From the NCBI RefSeq assembly GCF_009914755.1, contig NC_060933.1: a stretch of 64,000 nt of DNA. One strand, 5' to 3'. Both the position numbers and the translations under genes were made by a program. Source of the stretch: the human T2T-CHM13v2.0 reference genome, Homo sapiens. The number at the start of each line of letters is the position of its first letter. Within the stretch, counting starts at the first letter, position 1. The notes beneath the pieces were generated by a model, which saw nothing but the letters and a program-made list of their open reading frames with translations, was not told where the DNA came from and ran no database searches. Shown here piece by piece: positions 42,998-57,589 of this stretch.

Positions 42998-43464
42998 TAC
43001 TGGGGCTCAGAAAACACTCCAACATGAAGGCCCTCCTGTCACTAGTTCCATTCTCCCCTGGAGCTGGCCATAGAAACTAGAATGCCTCTTCCCCCAAGCA
43101 GGTCTTAGAAACCAGAACCCCTTTCCCCTAAAGCCAGTCATCAAACCTAAAAATAATACTCTAACTGTCCCTCCACCCTATCTGTATAAAAACTGGCCAT
43201 AAAGAAATTCCCTGACCTACCTTGTTTGTTTGACTGTAGGTCATAAGACCCACCATTCCAGAGAGGGTCCTGCCCCACACCCAGAAGGAAGGGGCGCGGC
43301 TCAGAGAGCCCAGTAAGAATCCAGGCCTGCCCATGCTTTGTGGAACTTGCACATAAAAATGAGCAATTTCCCCTATCTTTGGGACTTTATTTAGAATGTT
43401 CCCCTGTATAAATGTTCAATCGTCTTGCCTTTTCTCCAATTAATCAATCTACCTCCTGTCTGAT

Positions 43465-43507
<43 letters not shown>

Positions 43508-43855
43508 TGTATTTTTGAGACAGGGTCTTGCTCTGTCGCCCAGGCTAGAGTGCAGTGGCAGGATCTCAACTCACTGCAACCTCCGCCTCCCGGGTTCGTG
43601 CAATTCTCCTGTCTCAGCTCCCCCGAGAAGCTGGGATTACAGGTGCGTGTCATCACGCCCGGCTAATTTTTGTATTTTTAGTAGAGACAGGGTTTCACCG
43701 TTTTGGCCAGGCTGGTCTCCAACTCCTGACCTCAGGTGATCTGCCCGCCTCAGCCTCCCAAAGTGCTGATATCATAGGCATGAGCCACCGTGCCCAGCCT
43801 CTCCTGTCTGATTTTCCAGTGAACCTTAAGGGGGCCAAGGGCCTTAGCCCCAACA
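42998..43855 (+). mobile_element. Solo LTR, MER39-like (ERV1), interrupted by an Alu
   Basis: GGGGCTCAGAAAAC start, CTGACCTACCTTGTTTG...TAGGTCATAAGACC, and GGGGGCCAAGGGCCTTAGCCCCAACA end. Confidence 0.88.
43467..43799 (-). mobile_element. AluS, antisense, with (ATTT)n tail, inside MER39
   Basis: TSD ctcctgtctgattt at 43453-43466 and 43801-43814. Confidence 0.94.
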
Positions 43856-44077
43856 CTCTCAACTGATATTGAAAACCATGGCCCAGTTTTAGGAACATTT
43901 CATGTAAAAGCACCACTCCGGGGGCCCAGTGGTCACAATGGCGACCATTTATTGGGCGCTTGCCATTCAACAGGCCAGCTACCCACTCCCCACGGGTCTC
44001 CTCAGATCGTCTCCTCCCGAGCCTCAGAAGAGGCATGGTTATTCCCCGTTTGTGACAGGGACCCTGAGGCAGAGTAA

Positions 44078-44300
44078 AGATGGCTGCACACTCTCTGAGA
44101 CTCCTCCCATCAAGAGGCAGGGTCTGTGTCCTCCCCGGATCCAGCATGGCCTGTGGTGGCTCTGACCAGGGGAGCCTGTCGGGAGAGCCATGGCACCAGC
44201 TCGAGCCTGGTCTCATGAGGCCTAGAAGCTTCCGTGGGTGCCACATAAAAAAGTCCAACTACCTTGCCAGAGAGCCCACATGGGGAGGCTGGCCCTGAGC
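44078..44300 (+). mobile_element. MLT1G/H-like LTR fragment, preceded by a MIR fragment at about 43940-44075
   Basis: ACTCCTCCCATCAAGAGGCAGGGTCTGTGTCC and AAGTCCAACTACC motifs. Confidence 0.6.
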
Positions 44301-45315
44301 CGCAGGGGCCTCTCCTGCCCTCCAGCAAGGGCCCGGAGCTGCCCTGAGGGGCTCCTGCCGGCCCGGCCTGGTGACTCTACCTAGGTCTGTAGGCACTGGG
44401 CTGGGCCCATCCCTCCTGGGGTATTTATTTCCCCCACTGTTCTGACACCAGGCCCTCCCGTAAGCACAGACAGCCCTGCTGTCCCTGACTCTGGAACCCC
44501 AGCGCCCACTGCCACATTCTACCTTTTCCCAGGAGACGGGCCGATGGGGTCAGTGGCAATGTGCCACCACCATCGGAGGGGGCTGGGGGTGGGGAGGACA
44601 GCTGCGCTCCAGAGGCCAAAGGAGATGGGCCGACGTCCCTACCATGCACCTCCTCCTACCACACATCTCTGCCTGCCTTAGTGGTCTGCACGTCAGGAGA
44701 CTCTGTGGATGCTCCGAGCCTCCATGTCCTACAGGTCAGACCAGAACCTCCCACCCCCACCTCTCTGGGCCAAAAGTGACACAGTTTCGTCAGGACCATG
44801 GAGATCACAGACTTGGACCCAGGAAGACCCAATTTAAGGCCAGGCCCATCAGCTCCCCCTGCAATTGGCCTCCCTGAGCCCCAACTTCATTGTCTATACA
44901 CTGGGATAGGAACGGGCATCTGCTTCGGACGTGTGAGGACCACGCAGGACAATCCACACAACATGCACAGGGCCTGGGACATGTCAGAAGCCTCTGCTGC
45001 AGGACACAGGACACCTGGCCCCACGAAGGCAGAGCCCTCTGAATTTGACCAAACCTCCTCCATGCAGACACAGCTGCGGCCTTGGGGCTACCACATCCCC
45101 AGATTTGCGGAGCCTGAAATGCGGCCAGCACTGGAAGCGGGGAGACTCCCACATTGAGATGTTTCTGTTCTCCCAGAGCTCCAGTAGAGAAAATGTTCAC
45201 CCACAAACCCCCCAGGGTATCCAGAGGCCAGGGGTGCTGGGGTGCAGGCTGCAGACAGGTTCCCACATTTGGTGCAGGGGAAGACACACATCTGCTCAAA
45301 AGAAAAATGAGGGAG

Positions 45316-45985
<670 letters not shown>

Positions 45986-47794
45986 TCACAGGGCTCCTTC
46001 CCTCCCCGCTGCACTGTCCCTCGGGCCCCTTCCTCTACCCCACGCTGGGTGGTGCTCCCGGCTCAGGGTCCCATGCCCACCCTGCACCGGGATTCCCTCT
46101 GTGAGGGCGTGCCAGGTCTGCCCCATCCCCTGGAGCCCCACATCAGGCTCAAAAGACAGGGGCTGAAACAACAATCCCGGGAGATGTGACGGCCACATCA
46201 CCTGCCAGTCAGGAGAGGTTTTGTATCACTTAGAAAATATGGGGGTGGGGGCTGCACACAAGCCTTTTCTGGGGTTCTCAGGACACAAAGTCGGACATGG
46301 CCTCAGCCAGCCTCGGGTCCGGTGGCTCACAGAGGCTCACCTGGTTTTGAACCATAAAGAAATTTAGCAAAGGTCTACCCCTGCTCCTAGGGCTCTGATC
46401 TCACAAGCGTGGGCGTCACTGAAAAACAGCGTCAGAAAAAATTCTCAACAGGGGGATGCTGGCGAGGGAAAAGGGGTCCCTGGAGGGCAGAAAAATCCAC
46501 TTCGTCAGGTCCACACTGAGACCCGGAGAGGGCTCGGGGAGGCAGAGACCCTGAGCTTGAAAGCCAGGGGAAGAGTTTGAAGAAACCCATTTCACACACT
46601 GAGTAAAAAAGGGCAACTTACAAGAACATGTTATTTTCATGTTTTTAAAGATGTAAACGATTGAGCAAATTAAATATTTAAGTAAATGTTGAACTACTTC
46701 ATCTATCCCTAAAAGCTTATAAAATCATGTTGACCAAGAAACTTAAAATCCTCTTACTGGGAAAGGGGTGGAACCAGCTTGTATTTTGAGCTGCTTCCTA
46801 TCCGGGTACATTCTGTGCCCCAAATCACAGATGAGCGAATGGGGCTCCAGCCCGTGTCCTGGTGGGCCGGCTCCAGCCCAAGCGCCAGGCTCTCCCCCAG
46901 AGCTCCGCATTCTAAAGGGAACCACCCTGCCACACACAGCTTTGTTCTTCTGGGAGACCCCTCTAGAGAACTGAAGAGCAAATGCTATTTCTAGACGCTC
47001 TAAGACATTAAAAAGACAGAGAAGAATCCCAAGTCCTCCCTTTCAAAACCTCAATGCATCTAATATACCAATAAAAGCGACCATCAACGCCTCACTTTCT
47101 GAGTTCATGTCCTCGAGGGTCCCGTGAAATTCAAACCAGGAAGCACCCGGAATCACTCCCAGACGACCACGTGGAATTCGATGAGTGAGCAGGCTCAGGA
47201 CGGCAAATGCACTTGCAGGAAAGCAGCCCCTGCAACAAAGCACGTGTCCAGCCGAGCCCAAACGTGGGCACCAGGCACGTGGGCACAGGCATGCAGGCAT
47301 GCAGCACACCCTCTCCCAGTGGAGTCGGACGACATGCCCGCTGCTCCCAGGACACAGCAACCGGCCACGGGGCCGTCGGGTGCCAGGTGTGCAGCCAGGG
47401 CTCCGTCCTCCCCGCAAGCTTCTCAATGCACCACTACTGTCCAAGCTGCTGAGTCAGTGCTGAGGACCCCGTGAAGCTCACCTCCCCAAGAAGGCCCCAG
47501 AGTACCGGGGTGTGAACAGAAGCCCTCTCTGGGCCTCTAGGCACAAAATACTCTTTCGCCTGAGTAAATGATGGTGTTTTTGGCCCTCGTCCACCATACA
47601 GGGCCACAGCACCAGCACTGCTGCACTGGGCAGTCAGACTTGGGGCCCTGGCAGGGAGGGGATGTAGGGAGCGCTTGGGACACTGGTGAAGGGAGAGGGT
47701 GCATCTTGTGGCTTGGGCAGTGCCACGGGCAGCACCACACGTGGAGGCTTCTCCCAGGGCGGGGGGCTCTGAGCAGCTGCCCTGGGCAAAGTCA

Positions 47795-48181
<387 letters not shown>

Positions 48182-48453
48182 TCAGGGAGGGGCCTACCAA
48201 GGACATGATGCCATCCTGAGCCCAACATGCCCATCCCTTCTCCCCAGCTCCAGCTGCCTAGGCCCTGCCGACTGCCATTGCCCTTCCTTCCTGCCAGCCT
48301 GGAGACTGAAGCAGCACAGAAATGACCTGGAAGACCCTCAGGGCCCTGTGACATCTGGGGAGCTGATGGACAATGGGGCCTGAAGACCAGCCCTGGGGGG
48401 TAGCCACCTCTGTAGTGGGTCAATGGGGCTGCAGCACAGATGAGGCTCCTATA

Positions 48454-48759
48454 GCTGGGCGAGGTGACTCACACGCCTGTAATCCCAGCACTTTGGGAGG
48501 CCGAGACAGGAGGATCACTTGAGCCCAAGAGTTCAAGACCAGCCTGGGTAACGTGGCGAAACCCCATCTCTACAAAAAAAAATACAGAAATTAGCCGGGC
48601 GTGGTGGTACACAACTGTAATCCCAGCTACTTGGGAGGCTGAGGTAGGAGGATCTCTTGAGCCTGGGAGGTAGAGGCTGTAGTGAGCCATGATCGCGCCA
48701 CTGAATCCAGCCTGGGCAACAGAGTGAGACCCTGTCTCAAAATATACAAAAAAAGAAAG
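48454..48759 (+). mobile_element. AluJ
   Basis: GGAGGATCACTTGAGCCC and GAGGCTGTAGTGAGCCATGATCG; TSD gagg(c/t)tccta(t/c)a. Confidence 0.92.
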
Positions 48760-50540
48760 AGGTTCCTACAAGGAAACTGCCTGACCCTTAGACCTTCCAG
48801 ACGGTAAGTCTGGAGGTATCGGCAGTCCCCAGTGTGGCGTGGATCCCAAAAGCTACAGGTGCTGGCCCCTCCATGGCCTGGGGCTCTGTGGGGACCTTCA
48901 AACATCCCTGCACACATCACCGTGTGCCTGCACTATCTGCCAGGGTCAAAATGCCCAAGACAGTGACGGAAACGCAGGGCTGTTTTCCACGAGGGGACCT
49001 CTATTAAACGCAGCCACATCTCCCAGTGTGGGAGGAATCGTGGTGTTGACAATGTGAGCCATGTCATTTGCCCCTCCTGCTCCAAATGCAAGTTCTAGGC
49101 CCATCACAGTCCTCCGGGGAGCCGCCCCCGCCCTGCCCACTTGCCCCACTGACAGCTCAGACTGCACCAAGCAGGAAGGCTGCAGAGAGCCAGCCAGGAC
49201 CCCCAGCTTCAATCCTGCAAGGACGTGGGAGCCACTGGGCCCGATCAGCCGGCAATGAAACCAGGTCCATGAAAACACTGATGAGACCATGGTTGGGCGG
49301 AGCCTCAAGGCACCCCTGAGGCCAAGAGACTGACCCCACACCCTGGACCTCTGCACACAAAACTGGAATCCACATCTCCCCAAGTCACCCATGACCTCAC
49401 GCCGCAGAACCTGGCACAGCTCACAAGTCAGAACCACAGACACAAAACCCAGTGGCGCCTGGAGAGCTGGGGGCAGCGGGGTCCCTGCGGAGCCAGGCTC
49501 TGGGTCCTCAGCCCTCCCTTCTGACGTGCGGAGACCCATGGCTCTACACCGGGGGCCACTCAAGTCACTGCAGCTGAGACACTTTGGGGACCCTCGCCCC
49601 GTCCCATCCCTTCACAACAGACAGACATAGAGACCTGCAGGAGCAGGGACCCTGGCCTGCCACTGGGCCCAGCGAGCCCCTCCGTGAGTGATGGCCGCTA
49701 TGCTGCTCGGCCCCCTCAGGCCTGCCTCAGCCTGGCTGGCCGGCGGCGGGGGGAGGGACAAGGACCTGGTGTGGCCCTCTGGTGTCCACACTCTCTTGTC
49801 CATACCTCCTTCAGCCAAGGCCCCAAACATGTTACCAAGAGCAGTGACGACAGGGAGATGGCTGCCGGTGCCAGCCCACGCTGGGCACACAGACACATGC
49901 GGCCCCAGCACCTCAAATTCATCCTCGCTCCCTACAGACCATCGAACCCAGCAAGCCCTGCCCTGCCCAGGCCAACAAGCCCACCAGGCCAGCTCAGAGC
50001 CCTCAGGCCACACCAGAGGAAGGCCACTGCTCCCCAAGGCCCCTCCCGGATGCCGGTCACTCCATCCCATCACGGTTCAAGCCCAGGCCGATCCTGGCTG
50101 GCACTTGTCCCTCATACAAAAGACAGAAGGAACCTCACAGCCACGCCCCAGCTGACCTTGGTGGCCTGGAGACAGAATCAGGAGAAAGCTCTTTAATCCA
50201 GCTGGTTCAGCAAACCCAGGAGACTAGCTCCTCGGCTGACTAACTTTAAGCTCCACCACGTTGGGAAGCCCCCTGGGAGATGTTTTAGGGGATGGGAGAA
50301 GGCCTCGCTGGAATCAAAACTGATTTATGGACTCTGGAGGGGACGCTGACATTTCCTAGATCCACCGCCATCCTCGTAAATCAATTCCCACTCTCCGCTC
50401 GGCTCGGGCCATGCCAGCCTTTGTAAAGAAATGCCAAGCCTAATGAGTTTTGAAACAACCAGGCTGAAAGTAACAAAGAGAATGCCAGTCATTGGCAGTC
50501 CAACTGCAGTGGCACAGACGGCACAGTGGGGAGAGCCGGG

Positions 50541-50856
50541 GGCGCCCCTCCCACCCCACCCCCTTTCCTTCACCGCCCTCCCCCAGAGAGTGGAGGGAGG
50601 GCCTGGGGCACCCCTCCCACCATGCCCCCCTTCCTTCACCACCCTCCCCCAGAGAGTGGAGGGTCTGAAGGCGCCCCTCCCACCCCACCCCCCTTCCTTC
50701 TCTGCCTTCCCCCAGAGAGTGGAGGGAGGGTCTGAAGGCGCCCCTCCCACCCCACGCCCCCTACCTTCTCTGCCTTCCCCCAGAGAGTGGAGGGAGGGTC
50801 TGGGGGCACCCCTCCCACCAAGCCCCCCTTCCTTCACTGGCCCCCCAAAGAGTGGA
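50541..50856. repeat. GC-rich minisatellite, ~62-68-bp unit, about 4.7 copies
   Basis: ggc(g/a)cccctcccacc...ccttc...cccagagagtggagg repeated. Confidence 0.93.
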
Positions 50857-52009
50857 ACTGGGTGGAGGCTAAAGTGAGGGGTAGCCCTCCCCTTTGAAGT
50901 GGCACCATAGTCCTTGCGGCCACTTAAAGCATGAGCTCCAAGGGGCCAGGAGATGGGCGGAGATGGGGTGAGCCTGGACCCGCAGCAGGAAAAGACAGAG
51001 GGAAAATGCCACCCTAGAAACTGAGACTTCGTTCCCCAGCATTGCCACACCCAAAGCTGAAACCCCCCATGCGAGGCCAGTGGGCACCCTGTCCTTCCCC
51101 AGTGGGGGCCCTCGGTCACTCAACCTCACACCCTCTTCCCCTGGAAATCTCCCCTCACCTCTCAGACCTTTCCCTGATGCCCCCAAGCCAGACAAGGACC
51201 CGCCCCCCAACTGCAGTGACCACCCCAACCTGGTGTCCACCCCCAGCCCATCCTAGGCCCCCACAGCACCACCTGGTACACAAAGGCACCCTGCACCAAG
51301 CCCAGAGCTTCCTTGGAAGTCTGGAATCTTTGAACCTAACGGCCCAGGAAGACTCAGGGAGTGGAAGGCAGCAGGCTGTAGTGGGTCTGCGCCTCCACTA
51401 TGGGAACCGCTGGGAGGGCGTCCCCACGCCCTTGCCAGCGCTGCACCCCTCTGAGGCAGACGCAGCTACAAACCAGGTGCCAGGAGCAGGCCCCCTCGGG
51501 AGCGGACTTCCAACCGCTTGCCTGGTTTGGTTTTGCAGCCCCTGCAGTTCTGAAAACGTGTGGGGACCCAGGCACCCACAATCTGGTGAGGGCAAGGCCA
51601 TTGTGGGCCCAGTGGGCATGCAGGCAGCTGCGCTCCCAGAATCTCCACACAGAACTCACACCTTCCACTAAAAGGGGCAGGGACCCACGAGGAATGATTG
51701 GGAATGAACCTGATCCGGTAAGAACATCGAACTCAAAAAGAAATTAACTTTGAATTACAAAACTGCAAAGTAGGGACCCAACTCCAGGCACCCCCAGCAA
51801 TCGCGAGGAAGGATGGATTTGGCTGGCCCAGCCTGGCAGAGGAAGCATTTGATGAAGATGGTTATTGACTCATTCCGAGAACTGTCTCCCGGTGGAGACA
51901 AATCTGGACATGGGGAGGTTGGGCTGGGTGTTTTGGTCTCATTGCCTCCTCAGAAGGGGGGTGAAGATGTGAGCGGCCTCCCCCAAGTCCCTGGCCTGGA
52001 AGCCACTCA

Positions 52010-52240
52010 CAGAGCTGAGTTTGAGTCCTGGAGCTCAGCAGCAGGTTCAAAACTCAGTTCTCGCACTGCTAACTGTGGGAGCAACTAACAATCTCTCTCT
52101 GCCTCTGTTTCTCCATCTGCAAAATGGATCAGGGTAGGTCAACTACTGCAGCAAACAAAGCCTGGAGCTAAATACCATCCAGCTATGGGCCCCACCTCAA
52201 TGAGCCACACAGAGTGCTCAGAACAGCGCCTAGCACAAAT
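52010..52240. mobile_element. MIR fragment
   Basis: CTCTCTGCCTCTGTTTCTCCATCTGCAAAATGG core and AGAACAGCGCCTAGCACA. Confidence 0.65.
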
Positions 52241-52664
52241 CTGTGCCCACTGCAGGTTCGCGAGGATGGAAGGCTGTGCCATCCACAAGAGATAGCCAGC
52301 GGCTATCTCTTCCTCCTTGTCACTGACAACATGAACGCAGAGCTTGCAGACTAGATGGTTGACTGGGCAAAGAGGGGGAGACAGCCTTACAGAAGATGGC
52401 AGACACACGGTGTGTGAGGCCGGAAGAAACACTCTGCCCTGAGACTCCTCTCCTCTATTTGGAAACTGCGCCTGAGGATTGTATTAATATTTCCATTGAT
52501 TAACATGCCCTCTTACATCCCAAAACACATGCATTAACTTCAGATTCTTTATGTGTGCCAAGAAGGATGAGCCTGCCACTCACTCTCTGTCCTTCGCTTG
52601 GCTGCTCACAGGGCAAGGGCAGGGCTGGGGGCCTCCCAACCTCCATCCTCCCCTGCATCCTTAC

Positions 52665-53060
52665 CAGCTATGCTAGCACTCCATCAGACAGCCCCCCACG
52701 AGCCACACGAGCTATGCGAGGCCATGTGACTAGAATCTGGCCAATAAAGAGGAATTAACACAGTGACTGGAGCTTCTGAAAAGTCGGCTTCAATGAATCA
52801 GCTTCCCCCACCCCAGCCCTCTCTATTGCCTAGAATGAAGAAGTGATGGCTGGAGCTCTTGCAGCCATTGTGAACCATGACCATGAGGATGGAAGAGGTA
52901 GAACAAGAAGCTGGGTGCACCTGGGTCCCTGAGACTATGGCACCGTCACCCCTATTCTAGACTGCCTACCTGCAACCCTCCAAGACGAACAAACCCTGGT
53001 GAGTTTCGGCTCCTGATGTACTGGGGTTTTTGTTAGAAGCAGTCAAGCCTACTCTAACTG
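52665..53060 (+). mobile_element. MLT1J/K-like LTR
   Basis: GGCCATGTGACTAGAATCTGGCCAAT...GTGATGGCTGGAGCTCTTGCAGCCAT...GACTGCCTACCT. Confidence 0.75.
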
Positions 53061-53227
53061 GCGCAAGCTGCGAGTTCAGACCTTCCAGATGGAGGCACTG
53101 GACTGAAGGGGGCACCGTGCGGTGGGGTCTCTCATGTAACCGGCACCAAGCCCATTTGACAGATGAGGTGCCAAGGCTCAGTGAGTCACTTCCCCAGAGT
53201 CACACAGCTAGAAAATCAGGGACAGAA

Positions 53228-53610
<383 letters not shown>

Positions 53611-53965
53611 CTAACACAGTCCCGCAGACGGCAAGCCCATCCCAGCACACCGTGTTTGTCTATGGGTCACGGCAGTGATGGGACAGAGCCAGAGATGAAG
53701 CTACAGCTGGGAGCGCCGTGGCCTCCTGAGCACCCCAGCTCCTGGCCAGACTACATGGGCTGCAGGAAGCAGGGCCGGGCACGCCCCTTCTTGGGAGCAC
53801 AGGTCTGATCTCTACAGTTTCATATTTACCGAAAGGAATGTATTCACGCGTGCACTGGGGACCGGAAGCACATTTTTAATAAAAACTAAAAAGGAAAGAG
53901 CCTGCCTCACTCACTAAGCAAGTCCCACCAGGAACACACCCGTTCCCCAGCCCTTCGCCCTGGAG

Positions 53966-54125
53966 CGTGCTGCCCGGGAGAACTTTCTGTGAAGAGAGAA
54001 ACGCCGTGTCTGTGCTGCGGATGCCTGGGCCGCCAGCCACACACAGCCTGCACACGTGAAATGCGGCTGGTGAGACTAAGACCTTGACGTTCAACTGCAT
54101 TGAATTTACCAGACCTGTATTAAAT
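53966..54125 (+). mobile_element. MER3-like DNA transposon (hAT-Charlie)
   Basis: AGAACTTTCTGTGA...CAGCCACA...TGAAATGCGGCTGGTGAGACT. Confidence 0.65.
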
Positions 54126-54129
54126 TTAC

Positions 54130-54295
54130 CATACCTCTATGGAGGTATGATCCACAGACGATAAGCTGCACACCCTCCAGAGAGTGTCATGTCCTTATTT
54201 TTACATATGTACACACCCGTGACACTGTCAACACAGTCAAGACGGTGAACATATTCACCGGCCCCAAAATGTTTTCTAGTGCCCACTGGTGACCC
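54130..54295 (-). mobile_element. L1MD/ME 3' end fragment
   Basis: GAGGTATGAT...CTGCACAC...GTCAAGA...GAACATATTCA. Confidence 0.6.
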
Positions 54296-54617
54296 CCCAC
54301 TGTATGGCCAGTGTCACTCCTGAGGCCTAAGTCAGGGTGGCAGGCACTTTAGCTGTGCATCAGGTAACTCGTCTTTCCTGCTCCCCCATCAACCTCCTGA
54401 CCTCTGCATCACACACACACTAAAGACGCCATGTCCAAAAGTAAGCGCATTAAACAAGGTCCGCCTGGGCGGGGAGGGCTGCTCGTCAGCACAGGCCTTC
54501 AGCAAGAGCCTCAGGGATGCCAGTTACCAACCACACACCGAATGTCCTCCAAACCCACTCTCACGTGGCCCAGAGCCCCACAGGTCAGGATTGCCCAGGC
54601 CAAGAAAGTAAGTCAGA

Positions 54618-54790
54618 TTTTCTTTTTTTTTATTTCCAACTTTTAAGTTCAGGGGTACACGTGCAGGATGTGCAGGTGTGTTCCATAGGTAAACGTGTGC
54701 CATGCTGGATTGCTGCACAGAGCATCCCATCACCTAGGTATTAGGCCTGGCATCCATTAGCTATCTTTCCTGATCTCCTCCCTGCCCTCC
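54618..54790 (-). mobile_element. Old L1PA 3' terminal fragment
   Basis: TTAAGTTCAGGGGTACACGTGCAGGATGTGCAGG...ATAGGTAAACGTGTGCCATG...CATCACCTAGGTATTA. Confidence 0.9.
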
Positions 54791-55477
54791 AAAGATGGCT
54801 GATTTTCAAAGATGGGGTGTCAGCTGAGCTCAGGACAGCCACCAGCTCCCGCTGGTGAACTTAGATCAGCTGCGGCTACAGTCCCGGCCTCCAACACACG
54901 TGGGAGAAGGGCTGACAACCAGGAGTGTTTTAGTACAAAACAGACAAACCAGAAACCTACGGCATCAGGACACCGTCACCGGAGGATGGTCCAAGAAGGC
55001 GGGAAGGCCTTCCAGGTCTGGGAACATGAGACCCGGGCTGAACACGAGGCTATGTCCGTCCAAATCCCCACAGTCCTGCCACACAAACGAGCCGGAGGCT
55101 TCTGGAGGACAGTGTGCCTAGATGAAGGAACCAGGACGCAGTGGCGCTTTTCCATCTGTACCCCAACATGTCAGGGTATATCAACACCCATATGTCACTG
55201 GTGCTGGGTCCGAGCATGGGAGCTGCAGCCAAATTCTGGGGGTGGGGGCACACGGGGAGAGGTTCCTGCACCCTAACGTGTTGCTTCTCTGCCCATTTCA
55301 ATCGCGGAACACAAATTACACGTGTGATGCTCTTCTCCACGTGTGCACAGCACTCCCGAGGCGCTCCCAAGCTGTCAGGCGGCCATCCTCAGGGGCTGCA
55401 GTCACCGGTGGTTGACTATTAGGGGGGATAGTTGTGTTCTTTTATTTCTGCACTAAGCTAATAAGTACTTGTTCAGC

Positions 55478-55538
55478 CCCTCTAAAATCACAATCGTCCT
55501 GTCCTCGTTCCGTCCCTCTAAAATCAGAGTCGTCCTGT
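55478..55538. repeat. 25-bp direct repeat with period 36
   Basis: ccctctaaaatca(c/g)a(a/g)tcgtcctgt x2. Confidence 0.85.
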
Positions 55539-56924
55539 GAGCCAGTGACCACTCGTCCCAAACATAGCTTCTATTCATCAGAATCAGGGCTCCTGATCCT
55601 GGTGACTTTAAGGAGGAAAATCCAACTTCAGCCAGCACAGTCCACGGGCGGTGGAGTGCCATTTGGAACCGGGTTTGGGAGGCAGGCACTGTCCTCTGAA
55701 GGCCCAGCCTGACCCTGCACACCCAGGGCTGTTCGCAGACCGTGCAAACCTCACCTCACTTCCAAGACAAACGTCAGCTTTGGGTGGAGCCCTTTGCCCC
55801 CTCTTCCTCTCCAGGGAGCTGGCACTCTGAGAGGGGCGCCCCCAACACCCACCTCTGGTGAGACAATGTCCCAGAGCCCAGTGTTTTGGTGACTCTGGGC
55901 TGGAACACCCCCTGTGCTCCCAAACAACGGCTCATAGCTGGCGCCACGGCCCCCGTGAGAAGGACGATAAAAACACGCGTTGCCACCACACAGAACGGGA
56001 GACACACACGAAAGGTAAGACAGGAAGGTGGGAACGATCGCAGGCACCAGCCACCTGGCAGTCAGCACAGAAGGGACCTCACTACACCAGCGAGAAGAAG
56101 AAACCAAAGTCCTTGTCAGGGGTGGTGCGCGCTTCCTGGTGCCCCACTCCGGAGGCTTCTATGCCAGGGATGCCAATCAGAATCTTCAAGGGCGGTTTCT
56201 CCAAAAAGTGCAGAAATGACCGATCCTTTGCCCCATCTGCCCTTGGTAAAAAACCAAAGGCAGAGCCTGCGCACATGGTCCCAGGAGGCGGGGGACCGGA
56301 CGCGCACACAGTAGGTGCACAATCGACACTCATCACGGAACCTGCCAGTTTTCTGAAGACCTACAGGGAGGGGGCAAAGTCAGGGCAAACAGCAGGGCCA
56401 CGACTGAGAACTCCCAACCCCATGGAGATGCTCAGATGCCAGGCCTTGGGCACCGCGCCCAGGTCAGTGAGCCTCGGGGCCGGCTGTACGCTCGTGGGAG
56501 CTGACACTGCCATTGGGGGCAGCCATGGTGGGATATTCGGGAAGCAGGTGAGCAAAGGAGGAGCAGGAGGTGGAGCCCGCAGCAGACAGAGGCCCAGCAA
56601 TGCCAGCCTGGCTGTCCTCAGCCACTCCCCCAGACTCTGCCTCCCACCTCCCTGGAGCTCTTCGAAGGGGTTTCTGTTTGGTCCCCACTCCAAGAGCCGC
56701 TGGCTATGACTTAACATTATCCTGAAACGTAAACCAACAAGCAACCAAAGACGATGCTCACCGCAAACCCCTGAGACCCTAAGCCCCAGGAGGTGCCCTG
56801 GACAGTCCAGCTCAGTCAGAAAGGCCAGCCTCCAAACCCAGCATGGGCTGCCTGGGGCTTCGAGACAGATGTGTCTCACAGCGGGCTAAGCACACATCAG
56901 AAAAGGCAGCACTCACTGGGCCAG

Positions 56925-57306
56925 ACACAGAATTACCGTGAAGCCCAGCAATCCCGCTCCTGGGTATGTACCCAACAGGATGGGAAGACAGGTGTTCAGA
57001 AATGCACCGGGACACGAATGTCCCCAGCAGTGATCTTCACAGTGGCCAAGAAATGTAGACACCCCAAATGTTCATCAGCAGACGGATGGATAAACAAAAC
57101 GTGGTCTACCTGGACCGTGGAATATTCTTCAGCCAGAAAAAGGAACGAAGCGCTGACTTAGTGAGCCTGGAGGACACCACACTCAGGGGAAGATGCAGAC
57201 TCAAAGGGCGCGCAGCGTGTGACTCTGGTGACCAAGGGCGGTGGGGATGGGGTGGGGGTGACGGCTGCCAAGGGATGGGATTTCTGCTGTGTGTATTCCT
57301 ACCACC
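56925..57306 (+). mobile_element. L1MB fragment (ORF2 end/3'UTR)
   Basis: CCCAGCAATCCCGCTCCTGGGTAT...CCCAAATGTTCATCAGCAGACGGATGGATAAACAAAA. Confidence 0.85.
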
Positions 57307-57307
57307 A

Positions 57308-57589
57308 GAGAGAGAGAGGAGGGGGAGAGGAGGGGAGGAAGCAGGAAGCAGGGGAGGGGGGAGGGGAGGAAGCAAGGGATGGGGGAGGGAAGCGGGAGGG
57401 GAAGGAGAGGGGAGGGATCACGGGAGGGGGAGGAGAGGGAAGGGGAGGGGAGAGGAGAGGAGGGGAGGAGGGGACGGGAGGGGAGAGGAGGAGGAGAGGG
57501 GAAGGGAGAAGGGGAGGGGAGGGCACGGGAGGAAGGGAGGGGAGGGGAAGGAGCAGGGGGGGAAGGGGAGGGGAGGGGAGGGGAGAGGT
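57308..57589. repeat. GA-rich low-complexity tract
   Basis: ggagggg/gaggg units directly after the L1 3' end. Confidence 0.95.

Noticed and set aside
55858-56709. 283-aa + strand ORF
   Set aside because: No recognisable domain, non-ATG start, and length is plausible by chance at this GC content.
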